Of a DNA stretch of 58,244 nucleotides, positions 13,413 to 23,398 are shown in pieces. How positions within the stretch are numbered: the stretch's first letter is position 1; the number at the start of each line of letters is the position of its first letter. Made by a program: the position numbers and the translations under genes. A model generated the notes under the pieces. The model ran no database searches and was not told the origin of the DNA. It worked only from the letters and a program-made list of their open reading frames with translations. This DNA comes from Pocillopora damicornis (taxonomy: Eukaryota): assembly GCF_003704095.1 (NCBI RefSeq), contig NW_020844169.1, positions 310,001 to 368,244 of the forward strand, read 5' to 3'.

Positions 13413-14873
13413 TCACTTGGACACATTGATTAGTTCAATTGCTGAGAATACCACTCCAAGGATTCCAACAACAATTCCAAAGATGGTGACAGCCACTCTA
13501 CATGCAATCTGCAACCAGTTTAACTTCTTCCACTTCAGCTTCAGATGGAAAACGCATGGGAAAATGAAACACAGACTGGTTCCCGTTAAGCTGCCAAGCA
13601 GACCCATGACTAAGCCAAAATGAGGTACGGTGATGGCCAGGAAGACACCAAACATAAGGAGCAATGGACGCGTCAGGATCAACCAAAACCAGTGAAAACT
13701 TGAATCCTTAGAAAGGTGAGGAAAGTGAGGAAGCATTTTTTTATCCCATGTCTCCAAAACAACAAACATGACAAGAGGAAAGGCAAGCACAACATTACCA
13801 ATAACAAAAACATTGGACAGAATGTAAAAGACTGGACTGGTTTTGATATTAACTGTTATTGCCTGATTAAGTTCCTGCCCATATCGAAACACACCCAGTA
13901 GGCCCAGAGCTAGTTTAGTGATTATTGAGTTGGCAAAGGCAACTTTCAGCATCATGGGGTACTGTTCAGGATGACGCATGCTTCCTTCCACTCCTGGGAA
14001 TACTGCGTGTGCTGTAAAGCTGAATACAATGATGCCCAAGCCAACCAGGAAAGAGTTTAGGTGGAAACTTGGCATGTTGCTGAAGCTCATCTTCTGATAC
14101 TGTGTAATGCAGTAGATTATGATGGTGAAGACACCAGAGAACAAAGAGAAGACAGAAATCATGCTGAACCAGGCGATGAGTGACACGCGGGTGATAAAGA
14201 TTGCTGGAAGGACAACACAACCAACCACAACGGTCCAGTCATAAACATCCATACTCTTGTTGTGGAAAAGATCAAGGAAGATGGTGGCCATCAAGACAAC
14301 ATAGGTGACGCCTATGCCAGACATCTCAACCACTTGCACAATGCTGACAATCCTGTTTCCCCACACGGGCCAGCAGGCTTCGCCAACATCAGGGTAATTC
14401 ACCCTTACTCGTTTCCTTTGACCTGTCCGCTTGGAATCTTCGTACAAACAGTCGATTAGAATCTTGCCCGTGTAACAACAAAGAATACCGCAGACAAAAA
14501 TACAAACAACAGCAGCCCACCCACCGAGCTTCACAGCGTACGGTATTCCTAGAATCCCCGTTCCTTGAATGAGATTTGTTACGTTCCAACCTGCAAGAAA
14601 CGCTGAGGCTCGGCGATCATTTGAAGGCTTTTCGATTAACGACACAGTCATCGTGGCGGAACGCAATCTCATTAAACTCCGCGACAAATTCATCCTTGAT
14701 AAACTAAGTCCAAGAAGACTTTTTCCAACTTCATGTTCACCCTGGATCAAAGGAGCTTTCTCTCCCAGGGGCACAATAGTAGGCTTTGATTGAGTTGTTC
14801 CGAAAGCTGCCTCTTCGGCAGGCTGCCTAATTGACGAACTCGGCGAAGACACCAAAGGCACACTTTCTGCCAT
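13413..14873 (-). CDS. VIAAT/SLC32-like amino acid transporter, copy 2 (486 aa, intronless CDS)
   Basis: Same motifs as copy 1 (AGWNVTNLIQGTGILGIPYA, CCYTGKILIDCLYE, FSFTAHAVFPGVEGSM). Confidence 0.92.
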   Translation of the reverse strand: MAESVPLVSSPSSSIRQPAEEAAFGTTQSKPTIVPLGEKAPLIQGEHEVGKSLLGLSLSRMNLSRSLMRLRSATMTVSLIEKPSNDRRASAFLAGWNVTNLIQGTGILGIPYAVKLGGWAAVVCIFVCGILCCYTGKILIDCLYEDSKRTGQRKRVRVNYPDVGEACWPVWGNRIVSIVQVVEMSGIGVTYVVLMATIFLDLFHNKSMDVYDWTVVVGCVVLPAIFITRVSLIAWFSMISVFSLFSGVFTIIIYCITQYQKMSFSNMPSFHLNSFLVGLGIIVFSFTAHAVFPGVEGSMRHPEQYPMMLKVAFANSIITKLALGLLGVFRYGQELNQAITVNIKTSPVFYILSNVFVIGNVVLAFPLVMFVVLETWDKKMLPHFPHLSKDSSFHWFWLILTRPLLLMFGVFLAITVPHFGLVMGLLGSLTGTSLCFIFPCVFHLKLKWKKLNWLQIACRVAVTIFGIVVGILGVVFSAIELINVSK

Positions 14874-15737
14874 TGTTCCACTGCTCAGTGCTTCACTGTT
14901 TAAGCTTTGCTACCCACGTGCTGTTTTATACGGTAAACAGAAATCGCTTTGAAAAGCAATCAAGTACTTGAGACTCACTACTACCGTCCCGTTCGCGGAT
15001 TGTTGTTTTTGTTGTGATAATCAGTACGTGGGTTAGGTAATAATCACGTGTACCACACGCCTTTCCTGGGTACATTAGGGTCAAGGGTACCCAATCAACG
15101 AGCCAAAACTAATTTTCTTTTGTAGCAGAAGATCAACGGATGATTGGTTTCCCATTGTTTAGGGGAACAGCAGGTTAAACAGTGCGATGTACATTTTAAA
15201 TTGGTGCTAATCGATACACAGTACACTCCTTCGAGTTTCGTTTAAGATGTCACACAACGCTCTGAAAGTGCTGCGTGACTTCAAGATTTTGAAATTACGA
15301 TCGGCTCGATTCTTCACTGTACACCATTAATTTGCAAATTACTGATGAAAGTGTTTAACGCATACTCTTTGGACTTAAATTAAATTTATTTCGTTTAGGG
15401 AGTTTCTAGAAATAAACAATAATCTCAAGTTAAAACAAAGCAAGCTATGAGAGATAGAGACTATATTTTGTGTAGAAATAAGACTTTTAATAGGTTTCTG
15501 TATTTCTTACAGTATTGCATAAAAAAAATCACCTAGAAGCTATTATAAATTTGTAATCATACCATTGTCACATGTATGACTAAAAGTGTCCAATCGAACC
15601 AGCTTCACACCAAATTTTGTCTTACTGGAACAAGACCAGCTCTGACTATATATAATTACATGAATAATTAATTAAAAACATATCACCACTTAAATACAGC
15701 ATAGGAGTCAATTGAAATATTGCACCTTGACATTTCC

Positions 15738-15950
15738 TTAAGCTTTTGACCCTTAAGAGTGATTAGCATCTAATTTCTCCTTACAATATCACCCCTGAAT
15801 CATGTAGTAAGGTCATGAGAAAAAAAGGAAATGATCACCAACTAAATAAGGTCTTGATTGTTAAACAAATTCTCCTTGTCAGTACCTTGGGAAATGTATA
15901 GAGAACAATATGGAGAATATGCATGCTGATGTTAGGGCGTAAAGAGTTAA
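15738..15950 (+). mobile_element. piggyBac-like MITE, subfamily A
   Basis: TTAA at both ends; CATCTAATTTCTCCTTACAATATCACCCCTGAATCA core shared with other copies. Confidence 0.75.
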
Positions 15951-16449
15951 TTCTGCTATTTGATCGCTTAGATGAAAAATCAGAAACAGAGCCAATTCTT
16001 ATTTATTTTAGATTACCCTTGCTAGGCAGAGAATGGGGAGAGATTCTTAGTGGTAATGGTCTAGTGGAAGACACTCAGGAAAATATTATTCTTGAGTTTG
16101 TTTGTTTGTTTGTTTTTTTTTGCCTACAAAAATCAAATAGCGATTGATTGTGTCTTTAAGAGGTAAAATGAAAGGATTTTGGCTGTGACCAAAAACAAGG
16201 CTTGATCTCTTGGTTGTATTTACAGTCCCCAGCACTTGATTGACAACTGTAAGCCTTATGTTGCACTTCCTCTGTCCCTGACTTCTCTAAAAAACACTAG
16301 TTATACTGAACTCAGACAAGCTGCTCACATGAAAATAACTCACTACAATGATAATCAATTTTAAAATTTCTTTGAATAACTGTCCACTGATCACAGTGTG
16401 ATTGTTTCCATAGTCACCTAAGGAGATAAGGAGACAACTTTAAAAACAG

Positions 16450-17880
16450 TCAACCAAAAGAGAAAGCTCTTGCAAGCTCCCTTCCTGAGAACACCAGACC
16501 AAACCCACCACAGACCAACCCAAATATTGTCACAAATATCTTTGTTAAAATGCTGTACCAAGGAGTGGTTTTCCATTTCAAGATCATGTGGAAAACACAA
16601 GGGAAAACAAATGAAAGGCAAGTGCCTGTAAAACTGCCAACAAAACCCATCAGAAGACCAAAGTGTGGTACAATAACTGCCAGGAACAAAGCAAGTGTGA
16701 GAAGCATGATTCTGGTCAGAAGCAACCAAAACCAATGGTAACCTGTTTCCTTGCCAAGATGCGGGAAATAAGGTAAAACCTTTACATCCCATGTTTCCAA
16801 CACAACGAACATGCAAATAGGGAAGGCCAGGAACACATTAGTGACAACAAGTACTGTGGCTACTATGTTGAAAACTGGACTGATGCGCATATTAACTGTG
16901 ATGACTTGTTCGGTAGTTTGACCAAACCTGAGAACTGCTAACATACCAAGCAGCATCTTAACTACTGCGGCCAAGGTAAACGCGCTGTTCATCATCATAG
17001 GGAATTTTTTTGGCTCTCTCATGCTGCCCTCGACGCCTGGAAACACTGCGTGTGCGCAGTAGCTGAACACAATAATACCAAAGCCAATGGGAAACTTCTC
17101 TGGGTCGAAGCCAGGAATGTTTGAGACGGACATGTCGCGGTACTCAGTGATGCAGTAGATAATAATGGTGGCGATGCTAGAAAGCAGCGCAAACACGGAG
17201 ATCATACTGATCCAAGCGATTACAGAAACGCGCGTTATGAAGATCCCTGGTAACGCAACATACGCGCATACGACTGCCCACTGATAGATGTCCAGGGGCG
17301 TCAGCTCGTTCAAAATGTCGCTGAATACCGTAGCAAGAAGCACAATGTACATGATTACACCGCCATACATCTCGCAAACTTGCACAACGCTGACAATTCT
17401 GTTCCCCCAGCCTGGCCAAGCAGCTTCTCCAACCTCTGGGTAGTTAATTCGAACTCGCTTGCGCTGACCGGTTCGCTTCGACTCTTCGTACAGGCAGTCG
17501 ACCAAAAGCTTGCCGGTGTAGCAGCAAACAGCAGCTACTGCAACGATTGTAGCTACAGCAGCCCATCCTCCCATCAGGACGGCATATGGAACGCCGAGGA
17601 TGCCGGTTCCCTGAATTAGATTGGTAACATTCCAGCCGGCCAGCCAAGCAGACGCGTTGCGATCATCCGAAGGCTTCTCCAAAATCGAAACTGTCATGGT
17701 AGCGCCGCGTAGTTTTCTGATGCTCTCTGCAAAACCCGACTTCCTCAGACTCACGCCATGATCGTCGGTGTGAGTGAAAATAAGAGGTGTTTCTTCTGCA
17801 CCTGATTGGAAGGACGGTTTGTTCAGTGGGATCGTTTCGCCGTCGTTGTTCGGTTTAGAACCAGCAGAACCACCATCCAT
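16450..17880 (-). CDS. VIAAT/SLC32-like amino acid transporter, copy 3 (476 aa from ATG 17880, intronless CDS)
   Basis: Same family motifs. The ORF-track start at 18084 is non-ATG. ATG 17880 (MDGGSAG) gives an N-tail comparable to the paralogs; an in-frame ATG at 18018 is an alternative. Confidence 0.9.
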   Translation of the reverse strand: MDGGSAGSKPNNDGETIPLNKPSFQSGAEETPLIFTHTDDHGVSLRKSGFAESIRKLRGATMTVSILEKPSDDRNASAWLAGWNVTNLIQGTGILGVPYAVLMGGWAAVATIVAVAAVCCYTGKLLVDCLYEESKRTGQRKRVRINYPEVGEAAWPGWGNRIVSVVQVCEMYGGVIMYIVLLATVFSDILNELTPLDIYQWAVVCAYVALPGIFITRVSVIAWISMISVFALLSSIATIIIYCITEYRDMSVSNIPGFDPEKFPIGFGIIVFSYCAHAVFPGVEGSMREPKKFPMMMNSAFTLAAVVKMLLGMLAVLRFGQTTEQVITVNMRISPVFNIVATVLVVTNVFLAFPICMFVVLETWDVKVLPYFPHLGKETGYHWFWLLLTRIMLLTLALFLAVIVPHFGLLMGFVGSFTGTCLSFVFPCVFHMILKWKTTPWYSILTKIFVTIFGLVCGGFGLVFSGRELARAFSFG

Positions 17881-18558
17881 CTTGCTCTTTTCTTCTGATA
17901 CTCTAAATGTTCCTTTTGCACTATCTGCTACAAATTTGATGCAAGCTTGGACGGCTTTCAGTGTTCGCGCGATGGCCTTATCACTTGTCTTAAACAAGAT
18001 TCCTAAATTTCGTACCATGCGTGTTTGTTGTTCATTTTTAAAGCTTCTTTTGCGTAACAGAACTATTGTCGTTCGACTGACCAATCATGAAGGAGAATAT
18101 GGACCGGATGTAACAGGAGCGTGACATGCCCCGACGACTGTGCCAAGAGTCAATTTCACCGATGAGATAATCGCAAGAAAGCTATTTCATTGCTATTATT
18201 ATTTTACTTTGAAAATATAAAAACGATCATCGGTACAGAATAGTAACTCTCGTAGAGATGATACGTGTTGCCATTTAGTTTGTTGTTGTTCGACAGAACA
18301 CCGAAATTGGAGGCGGTACTAAATCCATTCGACCAATCAAAGAGAGATTCCAGGTTTACGACGTGACGAAAACGCCACGACTAATCCAGCTGCAATCAAA
18401 GTTGTTTACCTTGACCTCATTCGTCCCTGTGGTTTAATTTTGCCGAATCGTACATTTCCACACCAGTGCCCCTTTGAAATGAACTGTCCCACGTGTAAAA
18501 ATGCTTAGCGCGATCTTTTGTACTTAAGGCGGATCAACGGTATTTTCCGGCTTCTCGA
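17881..18558. promoter_or_regulatory. Probable bidirectional promoter of transporter copies 3 and 4
   Basis: 678 bp between divergent ATGs; CpG-rich; GACCAATCA CCAAT boxes at ~18079 and ~18331; CACGTG at 18490-18495. Confidence 0.6.
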
Positions 18559-20052
18559 ATGGCGGACGAACCCGAATTCGGTGAGCATGATGTACAGCTC
18601 GCTTTATCGAACTCTTTGACCCTGGGAAACACTGAAAACGAGACCGAGAAAGATCCAAGCTACGAACTGGTGAGCAGGAACAAGGAATCACAGAAGAATG
18701 AACGAACACCTTTGGTGCGCACCGTGGACCCAGAAGAACAGGAATCCCCATCCGCGTGGAGTACAAATTTTAAACGATTTCGCTCGTTTACCATGTCTCA
18801 TTTCACAGTATCGTTGGTAGAAAAGGAATGTCGCGATAGGCAAGCTTCTGCTGTTCTTGCCGGCTGGAATGTGACTAATCTGATTCAAGGAATGGGAATT
18901 CTTGGAGTTCCCTATGCCGTGCGGGAGGGAGGAATTGCGGCAGTTATTTGTATCTTCATTGTAGCTGTGTTCTGCGATGTGACTGGAATTCTTCTGGTCG
19001 ATTGCTTATACGAAGTCTCTCCCCGTAGCAAGCTGAGGAAGAGGATTCGTAGTTCTTACCCTGATGTAGGTGAAGCAGTGTGGCCTGGTGTGGGAGGGAG
19101 GGTGGTTAGTGTTGTCCAGACAATAGAACTGTATGCGGCTGCCATCCTTTACTTAGTGCTCTTAACGACCATGTTTTATCAGATTACAAACAAGTTTTTA
19201 CCTCTCACTCTAAATGAATGGGCCGTCCTCTGTTCTATAGCTGTCCTGCCAAGTGTCTTCATCACAAGATTGTCGCTTATTGCCTGGATGAGCATGCTGG
19301 CAGTGTTCTCCCTAATGTCTGCGCTGGCTGTTATGGTAGCCTACTGTGTTGTACGATATGATCAGTGGACTGTGGACAACATCCCATCCTTTGATATAAA
19401 TACATTTCCTGTTGGGTTTGGTATCGTGACATTCAGTTACTGTGCTCATGCAGTTTTCCCTGGAATAGAGGGCAGTATGAGGGAACCAAAGAAATTCAAC
19501 AAAATGATGCATGTTTCCTTCTTCATCTCAGCTGCTGTTAAAGCTTTGTTTGGTGTATTCGCTGTCCTAACATTTGGCTTGGCTACAGAACAAGTATTTA
19601 CCATAAACTTGGCAGGCAATGTAGGTTTCAACACAGCAGCAACAGCTTTTGTGGCAACAAATGTATTCTTTTCATTCCCACTACCACTGTTTGTAGTGGT
19701 GGAAACATTTGACAGTACTGTTGGGCCATACTTTCCTCATTTAAAGAAAGGTACAAAGTATCATTGGTTCTGGTTAGTACTAACAAGGACCTTGCTTGTA
19801 ACATTTGCCCTTTTCATTGCCTTGGTTGTGCCCCATTTTGGCCTGTTGATGGGTTTTGTGGGCAGTTTCACTGGCACATGCCTATCTTTTGGATTTCCGT
19901 GTATAGCTCATCTTAAGTTACGGTGGAATTCCCTGCGCTGGTATCACATTATGGCGGAAATTCTTCTTATTGTGTTTGGAGTTTTAGCAGGCGGTTTAGG
20001 TTTTGTTTATTCAGGTAAAGCACTTGTGGACTCATTTAGGACATTTCAGTGA
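18559..20052 (+). CDS. VIAAT/SLC32-like amino acid transporter, copy 4 (497 aa, intronless CDS)
   Basis: AGWNVTNLIQGMGILGVPYA, VVQTIELY (VGAT-like QxxEL), FSYCAHAVFPGIEGSM. Confidence 0.92.
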   Translation: MADEPEFGEHDVQLALSNSLTLGNTENETEKDPSYELVSRNKESQKNERTPLVRTVDPEEQESPSAWSTNFKRFRSFTMSHFTVSLVEKECRDRQASAVLAGWNVTNLIQGMGILGVPYAVREGGIAAVICIFIVAVFCDVTGILLVDCLYEVSPRSKLRKRIRSSYPDVGEAVWPGVGGRVVSVVQTIELYAAAILYLVLLTTMFYQITNKFLPLTLNEWAVLCSIAVLPSVFITRLSLIAWMSMLAVFSLMSALAVMVAYCVVRYDQWTVDNIPSFDINTFPVGFGIVTFSYCAHAVFPGIEGSMREPKKFNKMMHVSFFISAAVKALFGVFAVLTFGLATEQVFTINLAGNVGFNTAATAFVATNVFFSFPLPLFVVVETFDSTVGPYFPHLKKGTKYHWFWLVLTRTLLVTFALFIALVVPHFGLLMGFVGSFTGTCLSFGFPCIAHLKLRWNSLRWYHIMAEILLIVFGVLAGGLGFVYSGKALVDSFRTFQ

Positions 20053-20100
20053 AAATAATTAATAGTTTAATTTAACTACATGAAGAGTACAGGAGCAGTC

Positions 20101-20318
20101 TTAACCTTTCATTCTAAAGATCGTATTAGTAATTCTCCTTACATTTTTTTCCCCCACCATACAATTATTAAGTTAGCTCAGATAAATTGCCATTGGCAGG
20201 ATCAACCAAGAATTCCTAATTGATTTTTTTCTTTATTCTTTTCACTTGTCTGCTTGATATTGGTTTGTTATGGAAGGAGGAATTCTTTCTTGGTAACTCA
20301 TTGGAGTTTAAGGGTTAA
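20101..20318 (+). mobile_element. piggyBac-like MITE, subfamily C, 48 bp after the stop codon of transporter copy 4
   Basis: TTAACCTTTC...AGGGTTAA; homologous to 46537-46737. Confidence 0.7.
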
Positions 20319-21549
20319 GAGATCTAAAATTCATTTCTAATTGTATCAGTTCAGAGTCTAGGTACTTTCAAAAAAATTATGATCATCTTTGGGAAATATT
20401 TTGCCATAGCCTCTACAATTATCACAAACTATTTAATTAAAAGATGTCAGGAAATTATATCATCAGGAAATTTATTTTATGATAAGCAAATAAATTTGAT
20501 GGCTACTGTTTGTTTTATTCTGTAAACTTGTCATGTATGAGTTAATAAATTAAATGTAACAGATAGTAGAGTGTTTAACTAATATGGAGAACCAGTTAGG
20601 CAAGAGTGAAAAAAGCCAATAATTGTAATGAGAGTGGAAAAAAAAAAAAAAGAATGGGACAAAATATACTTTACATTAAATTACAGTTTATACTGTTACA
20701 TTCTTTGTTTTAATTCATTGACTTTTGTCAGACTCTGTGGCTGAAGGAGCCATTAGGGGTGAGTTTCTTATTTTCTCAAATCTTTATTAAGGGATCTGAT
20801 GGATTTTTTTGTTTTTGTTTTAATGAACCTGAAATGAGATTACTGGACAGGTAATGTTTTAAATGAAGATCAATTTTAATAAGTTGTGTAGATGTGTTTT
20901 TTGAAAGCTTTGTTCAACACCCATTGACTTCAGGTGCATTGTGGTAATCAAGGTTGATGTTAGGATTTAGAGGTGATGTGAGTTTCTTTTTATTTTTAAT
21001 CAATGCGCAATGAGTTAAGGGGTGTTTTGCCTCTTTTGGGGGCCTAGAACTCCTGGCTGGAGTGTGAAGTGACTCTAGAAGACATGGTGAATGGTGACTT
21101 GAATTGTTACCAAAACATTAAGCTTCTAGGTGCCATGATATATGTAAAATTGAGAGGGTAGTTCTTATTCTGATTATACAATATTGGTCCAATATCAGTC
21201 CAATATTGGATATTTTTGTACTGATTTGAATAATGATTTATAATCAAGTTGTTCAAAATTGAGAACTATTAAAGTTTTTTTTATCAATTAGAATATTGTT
21301 TCAGCATTCTATTCTACTCATATGACCTCAGAATCTACTCTTGTGGGAAGAGTATAGGATTAAAGAGTCCTCTATCTGAACTCTCCCTCTCTTAGCACAT
21401 ATGTTATTGGACGACAGTGTTTATTAGTTGACCTGAATCAAGAAAAATTGTTGTCATGAACACTTGCACTTCTAGCTACTGCCTCAGTGATGTGCTTCCT
21501 GTCATCTCTAAGTTAAACCTTGTGGTATGTGAGTTACCCTAAAACCTAA

Positions 21550-22159
21550 CATGGTTGTCACAGGTCAGAAAAAAAGGTGAAAAAATTAAAATTCTTTAAG
21601 ATCAAGGATTAGTCAGGGAATTTAACTTTAAGTCAGGAAAACTTCACATCTTTTGAATAAGTCAGGGAAAAGCAAAATTTCCAGGGAATATGAATGATTT
21701 CTTCTTGTCTTGGCCCACTTCATGATGAGAGATGGTTCCACTTTTCTTTCTGTGATGCAGCTACTGTTTAGAACAATTGACAAACTCCTGTTGGTTTGTG
21801 AATGAAATCATACATTTTCTTTTTATTCTGTTTTCATCATTTTCTCATCCTTTTCACAAATTCTTTGGTTTATTTCATAGATGAGAAAGGTGTGGATCAG
21901 TAGAATATTGCTAAACGAAATTGGATGACAAACTAAAACTAATATTGTGTTTCAAAAAAATCTATCATTTTTCATGTTACCTAAATGAGCTATCAATTCA
22001 TATACACTGTAGCAGAAATTTATGGATAGCTGTGGGTGGAGGTTGGTGACTAATACATGGATTCGTTTGTGACAATGTAAATTCAGTTGATCTGGTAAAT
22101 GTTGTGTTTGTCAGGGAAAAGTTAGAGAATTTCGAAATCCTGTGACTGTGGAAACCATG
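21550..22159. mobile_element. Old non-autonomous hAT-like element
   Basis: TIR CATGGTTGTCACAG...CTGTGGAAACCATG; repeated GTCAGGGAA subterminal motifs; flanks CCTAA/CCTAT (possible 5-bp TSD, 4/5 match). Confidence 0.6.
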
Positions 22160-22509
22160 CCTATGGTGTAACTGTGACTAAGTTACTTTTCTTTTTTTGC
22201 GCATTCTTCACAGATGGTCACGCGAATTTGGAAAAAAAACTTTGTGAATAGTAGAAGTATTAAAATAATGATTCTTGTGCTCGTGCTGAAACGACAGGGC
22301 CATTTTGTTCAGAAAACCTTCGTTACTGTATATATTTTTTTGCACTCGATTTTATCGCTTTGCTGAGAGATCTATTCTTACAGTTTAGATTCCTATATTT
22401 TCACTCAAATCCTTCAGGACTAATACAAACGAAATTCAAACTAACCTCGATTTACGCTGAATGCCTCTCGAACTACAAGTCCTAAATACGGTACATGCAT
22501 TTCATAAGT

Positions 22510-22640
22510 AAAATATTACAACTCGCAACCGAGCTGCAACGGAACAACCCTGGAAAAAAAACACAGGCTTTGACAGGATTCGAACTCGTGTCTCACAGAA
22601 ACTAGTTGGACGTGCTACATAGAGCTACATGATCAGACAA
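22510..22640 (-). repeat. tRNA-derived SINE-like fragment
   Basis: B-box-like GAGTTCGAATCC on the minus strand at ~22576-22587; no complete cloverleaf. Confidence 0.35.
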
Positions 22641-23398
22641 AGGCGAATTAAAATGGATTCTTTATTTATTTCAGGCTTTTTTACTGCGATTTTGTAATCT
22701 TACTGCTCACCGGCTAGGATTTTATCTTTATTTGTTTATCATCGTCAGTTCAAACAGTTTAATTTATTTTCATTTCTTAGTTATCAGTACCTATTGTTGT
22801 ATTTCTTGCTATGCTAAGTATGCCGACGAGACAGAACTCGGTGTTCCTGTTTTCTATTGTTATTTCGGTCATTTATCGGTCAATTTCGAATACAAAAAAG
22901 TTATTAGAGGAACTTTTGAAGTGTAATTTTTTAGAGGATGCCGGACTCTTGCGCTGAATTTGCGGGGTTTTCTCTGTGCTGAACACGTGGTCAATTGTTG
23001 TAACATGGTATCAATATTTGCGTGACGTAGACCGCATGCAGCGATTTATGACATGTAATACGTGAACTGAGTTTTTCACAAACCGACGTTGTTTTGGTTT
23101 TCGATCCAATATGTCTTAAGAAATAGGCATAATCACTTTCAGTGCATAAAATGGTTCACGTTTTAAGCCTGGTTGTTAGGGGACTACACGCGAGATACAG
23201 TCGCGAAACTAGTAACGAAAACTTGGAAAACCAGTCTGACTTGGTGAACGTGCGACAAACCGGACCGATGGTCTCCGTATTTCCGCGCGTTCATCGTCGT
23301 ATCTCTATACAGAATCAAACAACCGTTGTGCCAAACGGAGTACTTGTTGCTCTTGTAAGGAGATAAAAGTCTGAGAAGAACAGTCCTCAAATCAAAGA

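Noticed and set aside
17881-18084. 68-aa N-terminal extension of copy 3 from the ORF track
   Set aside because: Starts at a non-ATG codon, overlaps a CCAAT box and has no counterpart in the paralogs. ATG 18018 cannot be fully excluded.
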